DNA of 47,677 bases, taken from NCBI GenBank assembly GCA_023645945.1, contig JALAIB010000020.1, forward strand, positions 1 to 47,677, written 5' to 3'. The first letter of the stretch is position 1; the number at the start of each line of letters is the position of its first letter. This document shows, in pieces, positions 1 through 11,200 of the stretch. Under the pieces are notes generated by a model, which searched no databases, was not told the DNA's origin, and saw only the letters and a list, made by a program, of their open reading frames with translations. A program made the translations under genes and the position numbers. The stretch is from Diploschistes diacapsis (Eukaryota).

Positions 1-144
1 TTGTGCCCTCCTCTTATCTAGATAGTTCCTTCCTTACCTTTTCGAATCTGAACCATTCAGCCTACAGATTGCAGCTACACGTGATCCTTCCAGATTAGGC
101 TCAGCCCCTGGTTGTGTAGTATTCCTGTAGGGGCGTTCTACTAC

Positions 145-551
145 CTATTAAACACTACCCCCGCTGTTACAGTTATGCTTTCATTCCTTAGGTCGTTAGT
201 TCGAGCACAAGACTTGTCACCTATACAGTCGAATTTATTGCGCTACGGTTAAGCGTGCGACCTTACGGGGTTGACGTCACATAGAACATGCGATTAGTTT
301 TAGGTGCGGCTGGGTAACCCCGCCTCTAAATCCATAACGTAAGTGTTAGAAACGACTTAAAGTATCCAACATACTCGGGGCGTTATATGAGACGTAACAG
401 GTACTGGGGGGCCAGCACTATGGGGAAGGGAGATAGCTGTAACGCCCAAAGATGTGCCCTGGGGTTCAGGTCCCCCTGCTGCCACAGCCACGCACCTACA
501 TATAGTGTAATAGGAAAACAATGCTTCGGGGTTCCTGAAAGCATTATATTA
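145..551. repeat. Copy 1 of a ~430-bp tandem repeat, RIP-mutated; probably the end of an unclassified transposable element that may continue off the left edge
   Basis: Colinear with 581-983, from CTATTAAAC.CTACC.CCGC to CAATGCTTCGGGGTTCCTGAAAGCATT. Differences are mostly G/A and C/T transitions. Confidence 0.85.
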
Positions 552-580
552 ATCTTTTAGCTCAATGGGATAACGCTACC

Positions 581-983
581 CTATTAAACGCTACCTCCGC
601 TATTATAATTATATTTTCATTCCTCAGATCGTTAATTCGAGCACGAGCGTAAACAGTACGTCAAATTTGTTACGTTACGATTGAGCGTGCGACCTTACGG
701 GATTAACGTCATATAAGAACATGCGGTTAACCCCAGGTACGACTAAATAACCCCGTCTCTAAATCCATAACATAGGTGTTAGAAACGGTTTAGAATATTC
801 AACATACTCGGGGCGTTATGTGAGACGTGGCAGGTGCTGGGGGCCAGCACTGTGGGGAGGGGAGGTAGCTGTAACGCCCAGAGGTGCGCCCTGGGGTTCA
901 GGTCCCCCTGCTGCCACAGCCACGCACCTACATATAGTGTAATAGGGAAACAATGCTTCGGGGTTCCTGAAAGCATTGTGTTA
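581..983. repeat. Copy 2 of the ~430-bp tandem repeat; ends in a hairpin at the TA where the Fot1-like element inserted
   Basis: Shares GGGGTTCAGGTCCCCCTGCTGCCACAGCCACGCACCTACATATAGTGTAATAGG with copy 1. Terminal stem-loop ACAATGCTT...AAGCATTGT at ~950-979. Confidence 0.85.
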
Positions 984-2971
984 GAGTCGTGACCCTAGTA
1001 CCCGAGCAGACCCTAGTTACCGAGCACGTGATACAATAACAAAACTACAATAGTAAATATTTAAAATGAAATATCTCCCAAAATAATTAATTTGAAGCCC
1101 TGTAAATCGAATAGTAGCTATAACTGACCCTATAGATTCATCTTATTATGTCTAATCGCCAGCGTCGACGACGCTAGCGACAGAAAGCCTTCCTAAGATA
1201 ACCAACCTTCCTTTCGGAATCATCTTCTTATTCTTATATATTCCAGCAGTCTGAAGCACTGCCAGCCTCTTCTTCCTGATTTGCTTCTACCTCTCCTACT
1301 TGTTAACCTCGTAAAGTGCTTATTCTTTCGTCTAACGCGCGTTAACAGCTTTTATAAAAATTAAAAACTTACCTCCTATAATCACGATAATGCGTTTGCG
1401 TTTCTAACGATGTATCGAGACTTCCCTAAACCTTTTATTCTTTACCGCCAGAAGCGTAACTTCCGTAAGAACCTTCTTAGCCGTTTTGGCCATCTTAAGG
1501 AAGCTTCGGGGCATTTTAAGTTCCTACCGAAAGTTTAAAGTCGAGTTTTCTAAAAGATTCACCTCTCGGAAAGTTCGAAGTATCGCAGGTAAGATATAAC
1601 GAGCTTCAAGAGCGCTAAAAGGATCGTCGACGGCGCCGGGAACCTTAAAAATCGATCTAAAAAAGTCGAAGAGCTCGATACCGGCGTTCTTCCACGCGGC
1701 GCGAGCGTTTTTAATAATATAGGCATCTATTCGAGCGTTAATAAGAATCTCAAGAAAGAAGCATTTATTAATATAAATAACGTCATACTATAATAACGTC
1801 CCGATTCGCTTCTTATAGGCATGCGTAAATAAATTAAATAAACTAACATCTAGAAACTGGAGGACGTGAGAAATATACGCTAACAAATATACCGCCAGGA
1901 TCCTTCTGTCCGCTATCTAATTCAAGAACGATAGCGAAAGATGGCTCTCGTAACCGTCCATAAGTAAGATCTTCTAGGCCTACGGCGAACGTAGTTTAGA
2001 AGCGTTCTCGGGATCGAAAATCTGCTATATCTATTATAGATAGAACGGAATAGTATTATATTTATTAAAAGATATATAGATCTTTATATTTATAAAATTA
2101 TTAATAAATCTATAAATATTAAAGCGTAGACTTATTTAAAGGGATAATACTTTCTATTTATTTTACCTATAACTCTTTACCTTTAAAAATAATTAAAGGA
2201 AAAAGCCATTCCTCTCTAATCGAGATCGTCTCGATTATCGTCGCTAAATCGCGATTACCCGCGATTAAACGCTGGCGATCGATCTAACGATAAAAGATAT
2301 ATATGACGACCTTCGTACGTTCCTTAGCGCCGAGCTGGATCCCTTTCTCGTTCATATTCTAAATATTTCCAGAAGTAACGTCGTACTAGACGCGGAATTC
2401 CTAAAAACGCTTTAAAAACGGGCGTAAAATTCCCGACGCCGCGGCGTCGGCTCTCTTACTTAAAAGAGAGCTATTCTAGACTGTACCTAGCTCTAGATAC
2501 CTCCTTAAAAAACGCTGCGGTTAATGACGGCCTGGTTAGCGCTGGTTATTCGGTTCGGAAATATTTCAGATCTCCGCCGTTAAATTTTTAAATATTACGA
2601 CAAAAACAGAAAATCCTTCGACCTATAAACGCTCCATATATCTCGCGAGGATATTTTCTTATTCAGCAATTAAAAACTACTGCGATTGATAATTAGCAGA
2701 CCTTCTAGAACGGCTACCAAGCTTATCGAAAAAGGAGGAGAAAAGGACGCCGTTGCGCCGAGCGACTTCACGGAGCGATAGCGGGAAGGATTGAATTTTC
2801 GCTTCGATGAAAACATTCTCCATCATCGAGAGTATCTAGGTTTAAATTAGCAAAAAATAAAAAAATATATGGAGCTTACAATGGATAAAAAAGGGGAGGG
2901 TATTTTGGGTGTAAAAAGCGCTTATGGATGATCGGTTATTAGGGTCCGCTCAGTTACTAGGGGCAACACTC
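984..2971 (-). mobile_element. Fot1/pogo-type (Tc1/mariner superfamily) DNA transposon, ~1.99 kb, transposase inactivated by RIP
   Basis: Imperfect ~42-bp TIRs: GAGTCGTGACCCTAGTACCCGAGCAGACCCTAGTTACCGAGC versus the right-end reverse complement GAGTGTTGCCCCTAGTAACTGAGCGGACCCTAATAACCGATC. TA flanks at 982-983 and 2972-2973. Minus-strand DDE_1 relics 'NI*NMNEKG' (~2340-2370) and 'ILLMDGYESH...LLAYISHVLQFLDVSLF' (~1840-1970), with many stops. Confidence 0.92.
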
Positions 2972-4261
2972 TAGTCATTGTCCAGTGCTTCTCAAGCAAA
3001 CATATGGTCTTACTTCCTACACTTTCTGGGGTGTGAGTTTCACGTACAAGCTTCCACGCTGCCTCTACAAGGAAACGTGATGACTGCAGGCTTTGAAGCA
3101 ATGATAATACGCTGCTTTTTTAAGACATTCTTTACTTATCTATTTGCTCCAGCTCCACACTGCGCACCTAAGGGTATCATGTCAGATGTGCCTAAAGGGT
3201 AAGCAAGCTAGGTCTGCCTTTAGGGCATGACGCTTGAGCATGTCCCTTCCTTTTGGCCTTCAGATTCGCTCTGATATTGGTTTGCTGTTTCATCTTCTCT
3301 ATTATTTATTTTAGTATTGTACTAGTATGAATGAAGAAGTTCAAGGTTTCTATTGTGCGCATAGAAGTCCGCTTTGCAGCGTTTGACTGCCTTGGTCATG
3401 GTCGCGTGTAAGCAGTCACGCGTTTCTGAGAACTGAGCACTTCCCGCCTCTCGACCTCAACATCAGATGCTAATTGTGAATTTTGCGATTGATTTTGGCC
3501 TGTGGCATAGTTTATGTCATTTTACCAGCACAGTCTTGTGTACCTTGCAGCTGAGGCGGAGCGTTCAACCCCTGACCACCTACTCAGTTCATCGCTCCCA
3601 CTCAAGAATACCTTTGTACCGTTGTTCATCTTTGATTCAGTTAAGGACTGCACGTTTTGCAATTGGAAGCACCGCGCTGCTAGGTCTGGAATAGGGCATA
3701 ATGTGCTCCTATCCTTTGCTCCTCTTCAAGAACCACATGACCCCTAGCTCACGGTACATTTATGACTGGGCATATCTGCCTTCTTCTGCGTCTGTCTTCC
3801 TTTTGCCTTTCATCTGACTGCTCTGCTCTGGCCACGAAGCCACAGCTGGTGTTGCGTATCCACGCATCTTGGTAGTTCCTACAAGATCCCGTCAGCCTGA
3901 CTTTGCTACACTCAATCCCAGCATGACTGTGTCAAGTATTTTGTGAGCTCACCCGAGACTATCATGCTGGAAGTACATGCGTAGCCCATTGCTGGCTTTG
4001 CAACAAACATATCGCCATGTTTCCTTTACCTTGGTCGGGCGTCTTTCATCAAAGGCTTTCCAGGCTTTCATATTTGCTCACACTCTTTGAAGAAAGTGCC
4101 ACTTCTCCCTATCTTGTAAACAAACCGTTACCGGCCGTCTATCAAGCTACCCACATAACAAGAGCTACTTTCCTCATACCTCAGCTTAGCCGGGCGCATA
4201 TTAGGACGCCTATCGATCGTGGCATCGCTTGAGCAAGGTTTGGACTAGCCTTGCTTGTACT

Positions 4262-5356
4262 ATGTGTCTGCCCTTTATGAAGAAAGCAGATCTGGAAGCC
4301 GGAGTGGTGACAGTGCGCAAACGTTACTACCCAGGAAGGGAAGAGTCTGTGCTGGAGATAGTGAAGCGTCGTCCGGCTTTGAAGGAGATTACGTTTTGGA
4401 TCTGTACGTGTGGAATCCGTATGCACACGGACATTCTCGTCTGCACCGACTGTGGCCGTCATCGACATCATGATCGCAACCTTCCAGCCGAGCCAAAGCC
4501 AGAGCCAGAGAAGTGCGACAAGGCCTTCGAAGAGTTGAAGAAGGAGCTGGAAGGTCTTTGCAAGGAAATCAAGTCACTGAAAGGCGGCAAAGAAAACAAG
4601 CCGGAGAAGGAGCCAGAACCGTCAAAGCCACCACCTCCGCCTAACCCCACGCCATGCCTTCCACAATATCCTTTTATACCTCTCATTCCAGCTCCGTACC
4701 TTGCGGAGCCTCCGAAGCCGCCTCCAGAAGAGCCTAAGCCTACTCCACGGCCAAGTCCCAAGCCGGACCTACCACAACCCCAGCCTCCTATTGTCATCGT
4801 TAACGTTCCTGAGTGCTCGGAGCGGAGCAGAGAGAGACCACAGCGTCGTTGCCGAGACCCCTCACCATCGTCCTCGTGTTCTGAAGTCTCGGTAGGAAGC
4901 TTTCAGAGAGTGAGGAGACACGTCAACGTACTCGGGCGACGGCTATGGAATCTGGAAGACAGAGAAGCTGTACGGGATGAAGAAGGTAGACGAGAGGCGA
5001 TGGACGAGCTGCGATTCCGGAGAGAGGCAGATGAGAGAAGGCGGTTGATAGACGTCGAGGGGAGAGGGAGGCGACGAGCCATAGAAGAGTTAGGAAGGGA
5101 CAAGCTAGCGAGCAGGGAGAGGAGGGAACTAGAGAGGGAGAGGGAGAGAGACAGGGAGGCCAAGTGGGAGCTTGATCGAGAGCGGCGGGACTTGAGCAGA
5201 CAGGAAGATCGGGAACAAGCCCGAGAGCGTGCATTCTGGCAACGACGAGAGATTGAGTGGGTTCCGACATACTCGCCTGAGGTGAGATTTTCCTGGCGGA
5301 GAGGTCTTGGTCCGTACGTGGAGAGGTGGGAGGGCAAGCGGAGATTAGTCGATTGA
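4262..5356 (+). CDS. Hypothetical protein (~364 aa): N-terminal Cys/His motif, Pro-rich linker, Arg/Glu-rich helical C-terminus
   Basis: Long intronless ORF with first in-frame ATG at 4262. WICTCG-x9-CTDCGRHRHH, PEPK/PPPP tracts and an RERERD coiled-coil-like tail. No family recognised. Confidence 0.65.
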   Translation: MCLPFMKKADLEAGVVTVRKRYYPGREESVLEIVKRRPALKEITFWICTCGIRMHTDILVCTDCGRHRHHDRNLPAEPKPEPEKCDKAFEELKKELEGLCKEIKSLKGGKENKPEKEPEPSKPPPPPNPTPCLPQYPFIPLIPAPYLAEPPKPPPEEPKPTPRPSPKPDLPQPQPPIVIVNVPECSERSRERPQRRCRDPSPSSSCSEVSVGSFQRVRRHVNVLGRRLWNLEDREAVRDEEGRREAMDELRFRREADERRRLIDVEGRGRRRAIEELGRDKLASRERRELERERERDREAKWELDRERRDLSRQEDREQARERAFWQRREIEWVPTYSPEVRFSWRRGLGPYVERWEGKRRLVD

Positions 5357-6077
5357 TAGCATACTGTAACATGTTCTTTCGGTGCACCTGGGCAGGATTC
5401 TAACAGCCTAGTTCCTGCGTAATGAGAAATGAGATGGTCGCCTACGTTTTGTGTATATCCACTAATTTCGCTTCTTGCACTCTGCTTCCGCTCGTAGCCC
5501 AGCGTACCAGACAAGATCGCCTTGTTCGGGGCAAAGGCACCTGAGGAACAGCCATGGAGTACTAAATCGACAGTTTTGAGGTTGAGGATACCCTACTTTT
5601 GACCCTCACAAGGTTATTTCCCTCGTGGATACGATACGAAGTTGCTCCTCCCTTTACAAGCGCCACGAACTTTTTCCTACCCCAGACCGAACTTTCACTT
5701 TAAGGGTGCGTCTTGGCATTTCTTGGCATCTCCTGGCAAAAAACAAAAAACGTCGCGTGCCTGACTGAGCGCATCACGAGCCAATCCAGGGGGGCCAGGG
5801 GGGCAGATGCCCCTCAAAAAGGCTGACCCCCAGTGGGCGGAAGAAGAACTTGCAGGTCTTGGTTGTAACTTAGTCTTCTAAATGAGGTCAAGCGTCGTTG
5901 GAGCGTTGATTTTCCCCTGCAGATGCTGGCCAATCACTATCTGCACCGCCCTGACCCTAGTCTGTTCCTAGCATGACGACTCGCCAAACGGGGGAGGCGG
6001 GGCTACCTAGTAAGCTTGAGCTGGGCACTTTGGGGTTCTGTCAATGTTTGCAGACGCGAGGAGGCTTGGACACACGG

Positions 6078-6131
6078 AGTATTGGAGTACTGGAGTACTG
6101 GACTGCTGGACTGCTGGGCTGCTGGAGTACT
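6078..6131. repeat. Degenerate short tandem repeat (AGTACTGG / ACTGCTGG)
   Basis: AGTATTGG AGTACTGG AGTACTGG ACTGCTGG ACTGCTGG GCTGCTGG AGTACT. Confidence 0.7.
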
Positions 6132-6814
6132 CCCCGGTCGCACCAACATAGCATAGCATTGATTCACTAATGCCTGACACAAATGCCCATGCCGTCCGCT
6201 TGGAGTGACAACTATGCATCTTCAATGCTTGGTGAAGGCCGGATCCGAGACGGGGGGTTTATTGTAGATCAGAAGCATTAAGTTCGGGTATGACCACGAC
6301 TGGCTTACAAGCGTACGGATCAACCCAGATCTGCAGCTTACCCTTCCTATGGGAACTTCTCCAGTCACCTAACAGCTCGCTCACACCACTTCACTTTAAG
6401 TCTTCTTCCTACCATCGCTCTCTTAACCAGTCCTCCTCGACAAGTGCTCCATCACGTATCTATGTCCGCTGCAGCCTTCTCGTATTGGATCTCGAGTTCT
6501 TGCTTGCTCATTCACATTTAGCTTCTCGTCCAGCTTGCCCACTTATTGCTTCGACGCTCAGTCATCGATTGGAAACAATACATTAATTCACCATTTCCGC
6601 CTCATCGGATCGTTCATTCTGATATCGGATTCTTCTTGGACCCAACTCTCCGTACTCGACAATATTCCTTCTGCTTCGCTTCAACGACATTTTGCAGACA
6701 AGAGCAGGAGAACAACCTTGATCAGCATTAGCGCTATTCCTTGAGCGCCCCCTCCTTCAAAACCAATCAAAAACAATATCAGCCTGCATCCTTTTTCAAC
6801 CTCAATCTCTCAAG

Positions 6815-7486
6815 ATGCGTGCTGTCGCTCTTCTCATCCTTCCGACCGTTGCAGTCGCGGCAGCCCTTAATAACGGCACGACTATTGTTCCCTCTGGTTC
6901 GCCAGTCACCACCACTATCCCAGAAACCACCATCTCTACTACCGCAGCAGCTTCAACGACAGCCTCAAGTTTGCCATCAACTTCAGTTTCGATTACATCT
7001 TCAACAACACTTTCAGCAACACCCTCAAGCACGCCCTCTGCCAGTGCTTTACCTACTACCACCGTCACCACCGTCCCCGCAACAGTCATCACTTCGACCG
7101 TGTCATCTCCCAACGGCAACCTCTCTACCAGCAACACAGCTGCCACGACCCCGGCGACCACGTCTGGCGCATCTGCAGTTGGGTCTGCTTCGAGCCCGAG
7201 TGCTAGCGCAAGCGAAAGTCAAAGCGGCAGCGCAAGTGCAAGCGTCTCGGTTCCTAGCCCAACGACCAGTCTCCTTCTTATTACTACGAGCCTCCCAGGT
7301 GGCGGACCGCAGACGCTCACGAGCTTTATCGTGGCAACTCCTACAGCTCCTGCGGGTGCCGGCGGCAGTGGAGGTGCGACGGCAACGAGCCCAAACGGAA
7401 GCATACAGTCTGGCTCCGCCGGTCGGACAAGCCGAAGTGCTTGGGGTGCTCTGGTGGCTGCTATTGGAATTGGGATGTTGATTTGA
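6815..7486 (+). CDS. Secreted Ser/Thr-rich, probably GPI-anchored cell-surface protein (223 aa)
   Basis: Signal peptide MRAVALLILPTVAVAAA, N-glycosylation sequons NGT/NLS/NGS, Ser/Thr-rich body, small-residue omega region (SGSAG) and hydrophobic tail AWGALVAAIGIGMLI. Confidence 0.85.
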   Translation: MRAVALLILPTVAVAAALNNGTTIVPSGSPVTTTIPETTISTTAAASTTASSLPSTSVSITSSTTLSATPSSTPSASALPTTTVTTVPATVITSTVSSPNGNLSTSNTAATTPATTSGASAVGSASSPSASASESQSGSASASVSVPSPTTSLLLITTSLPGGGPQTLTSFIVATPTAPAGAGGSGGATATSPNGSIQSGSAGRTSRSAWGALVAAIGIGMLI

Positions 7487-8247
7487 CCGAACTCGCAGTT
7501 TGGTGTTTGCAATGTAAGGCGAGATCCAAATAATATCAAAGGAAGATACGCTCCTTCATTAGTGATGTTTCGCTTTTATTTGGATAAGGGATACCCCAAA
7601 TGAGTCGGTTGATTGAAGGGCGCAAGTCTATGCTTGTTGTATGGTTCTACGCGAGCCGAGCATCACCAAAATTTCGAGACTCTTACCACAAATGATAGAC
7701 AAAGTGAGCACCTGAATCTGAAGCTACTGTTTTACCTTTGCATTAGCAATTGGTAAAGTGATTTCTCAGTTCAGCCTAAAGCATAGCCCAATCATTAGCA
7801 CGCTTCGTTCAGGCATACTTCAGTAGACTGTGCTATTAGTCCTACCTTGGAGGTAACGCTTTATCAGTGTTTTACGTGTTAGCAGTTAGAACGTGCTAAA
7901 AAAAACTCTTGAAGCGCGTCATGGTATCAATACGTGTGCGGACTAGCTCCAAAAAAAAGAGATTAGGTTGGCAGCGTAAAGCAGCCACTAAGTCATCCAC
8001 TTCTCGATGTCGGAATTCAATCTACAGAGCGAAATCGCGTTGAACCCCGAGTAAAAAAATCATTAGTTCGCGTTCAAGAGTATTCGAAACTACTTTTCCA
8101 GTTTAGCAATCTTTTGCTGACCTTCCTTATGCCTACCTTCTAGGTACTCCCAATTCATGGCATCAATTCCGCGACTTTGGCGATGAGGAACCGAACTGAA
8201 GTTCTCCAAACCGCTCGAGGGAAATAGCGAGGAAACGACGCGCAGAG

Positions 8248-11200
8248 ATGGAGATAGTTGACGAATCGAGATGGCAGAGTCTGGCGGAGAGGCACTGGTC
8301 GAAGCCCACAAACAAAGCTCGAAAGGTGAAAACAGAGGTCGTGAAGAATGAGATTTGGGATGTGCTGGAGAAGCAAGATTTCGATTTTCGGTCTTTACTA
8401 GCTCTCGAAAATCTGCAACTGCTTGAGAAATATCTTTGGCCTGGATACAATGCAGACTCTTCCAACTTTCACACACTTTTGATCGCTTTGATGGTGACAG
8501 TCAAGCGCAGAGAAGGTCTCTCTACCTGGATCATTTTTAATCAGCTACCCGACAACTTCTCCTCATTCTTCAGGCGCGTGCTGTTCATGAGTGTAGACCC
8601 CTCTTTAATTCCAGGCGTGCGAACTCATGTGCTATGCTTCCTGATCGGAGCGTTCCAGTCACTAGACACGGGCATCGTCCGGAAAGAATGCGCCCCATTG
8701 GTATCAATCTCAATATGGAACCACTTACAAAGTGATGAGCTTCGAGATAACAAATTGGAGGAGATCCCGCAGTTGCGCAAGGCGTGGCGGGCGTCATCGA
8801 GACGATATGATGCGGCAGACGAATCAACCAAAGCGAGGCTTCAGTTCGAGCAAAGCTGGCTGTATTCAATGCTAACAAGCTTTATCAATATGCTCTACGA
8901 CGAGTCTAGCACAACACAAGCAGTGCTAGTATACTGTGAGAGATTCCTCGAGTTCTTAACGGACCTCGAGAGCCAATTACCTACCAGAAGATACGTGAAT
9001 ACATTGCTTCACGACCTTAATGTGCCAATTCTAGTCCGCAACTCGCCACTTTACCGCCAGCAGCCTAACGCGCTCCTGCGCGATCTTTACTCTTTATTCC
9101 AACATTACGCTTTCTTCCCAATCAATGACCATACGGGTGTCGAATACGATCGTGATGGGTTTTCCGAACTGCATCATTCCCGGCTAGCGAAGCTGCAAAG
9201 GACCGCATTGAAACATTTCAAGTCTAAGCTGACAATACTTGCGCTGTCAAACTACGGTTCGGTAGGGAAAAGAGAGGAACTAGGAGGCCACCTGGCTTCT
9301 CTCTCTGATTCTGAGTTAACAGATCTAGCCAAAGCTCTGGGGTTCAGAACATCGTACTCGAGTTCTGTTGCAGCTCCCATCACCCGAGAGTTTCTTTTGG
9401 ACTTGGTACTCCTCTACCATGAGCGAAGACAAACGTTTCGAGAGATCGTAGATGAACTTGCAGTGCTTCCGACAGACGAAGATCTGTATGAACCTTCCCT
9501 GCTCCGAAATGAGTCTTACAATGGATCGAGACCGCTGGCTATTCCGAAGCTCAACCTCCAATACCTCACCGTTGGCGATTTCCTCTGGCGCTCATACATA
9601 CTTTTCAGGTGTGAATCATTTTTCGAGGTCCGCAAAGACTTGGAAGATACTGTCAAACGGACCCAACCGAAATCTTCAAAAGGAAGCACAGAGGTGGGCT
9701 TCTCGGGATTTTCTAGAATGGCTTTGCCGATTCCTAAACCTGGAATTCTGGAGATCGCTCCTCCGAAAGTTGGACATACGAAGCCTGCGTTCATCAGAGC
9801 TGAGATCGTCCTCGATGTTAGTAAGCTATCTGATAACGTACGCCTGGAGTGGGACTCGCTCAGACCTGACGATGTGGTTTTTCTGCTCTCTGTTGACCGT
9901 TCCGACACAGAAAGAGAGCAGATGAATGGCCATACGGAAAAATCGGGGCGGGCTCGGTCCGGTCTACGTCACGTTCGAGCTGCTGAAGTTGTTCAGGTGC
10001 TTGACGAGAGTGGGAGAAAGCTACGAGATGCTCCGTTGGAAGATGCTGATGGCTACATCCACCGACCGCGCTTGCGGAGGTTATTAGTAAACATCGATGC
10101 AGCTGCTTGGGTCGAGGATGAGGCAAAAAGGGCAAAGGGAAAGCCAAATGTCTACGAATCCATCAACATGATTGTCAGACGGAAAGGGAGAGAAAACAAC
10201 TTCAAACGGATTCTAGAGACAGTGAAAGGCTTGACGCAGTCAGCCTATCCGGTGCCAAACTGGCTACGAGACGTCTTCCTAGGCTATGGAGACCCTACCA
10301 GTGCAACATTTACGAACCTCTCGAATAAACTGGTATCTATCGATTTCCGAGACACTTTTCTGGATTGGCAGCACCTTGTCGAGTCACTGCCGGGCAAGGC
10401 CGTGGAGCTTGATGCTAACTCGAGTGGAAGTTTTGGGCCTCCTTACGTGCTTGAATTAGACGAGAATCTAGCCACAGAACAACGTCCAACGAAGAAAAGA
10501 AGACGAGATGGCCAGCAACCTGCTCAGGTTAATGCCCAGGTTGTCAAGGTTTCCACCTATCGTACGCCAAACAACGGTCCGTTCATCAACGACAAGCAGC
10601 GACATAACATCGTTCGATTCACCCCGGCTCAAGTAGAGGCTATCATATCTGGGACCCAGCCCGGTTTGACCGTGATAGTTGGTCCTCCCGGCACGGGAAA
10701 GACTGACGTAGCAACCCAGATCATCAACAACATTTATCATGACTTTCCCGATCAAAGGACGCTTCTGGTTGCCCATAGCAACCAAGCTCTTAACCAGCTC
10801 TTTCAGAAGATTACTCAACTTGACATCGATAATCGCCATCTACTTCGGCTAGGGCATGGAGAGGGAGAGCTCGAAACAGAAGCCAACTACAGCAAACACG
10901 GGCGAGTTGAAAGTTTCCTGGAGAACCGCGCCGGATTACTCGCTGAAGTTAACCGTCTCGCGGTAAACCTGGGAGCTCCTGGTGCTCACGGTAATTCTTG
11001 CGAGACAGCTGGATACTTCAAATCAGTCTATGTCACCCCAGCGTGGAGCAGGTTTTGGCAGGCTGCTGAGTCGTCGGGTTTTGATGGAGAAGTCATAAAA
11101 TCACAGTTTCCCTTTTACCAGTATTTCGCAGCAGCACCACAGCCGCTATTTCCCTCCGATGCGTCAGATGACCGACTCGTAGATATCGCTAGAGGATGCC

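Noticed and set aside
827..922. tRNA gene (GTGGCAG..CTGTAAC..GGTTCAGGTCC..CTGCCAC AGCCA)
   Set aside because: No proper D-arm or anticodon stem, and it lies inside a RIP-mutated repeat. Kept only as a SINE hypothesis.
6741..7481. 246-aa overlapping ORF on the GPI-protein gene
   Set aside because: Non-ATG start; a stop-free shadow frame produced by Ser/Thr codon bias.
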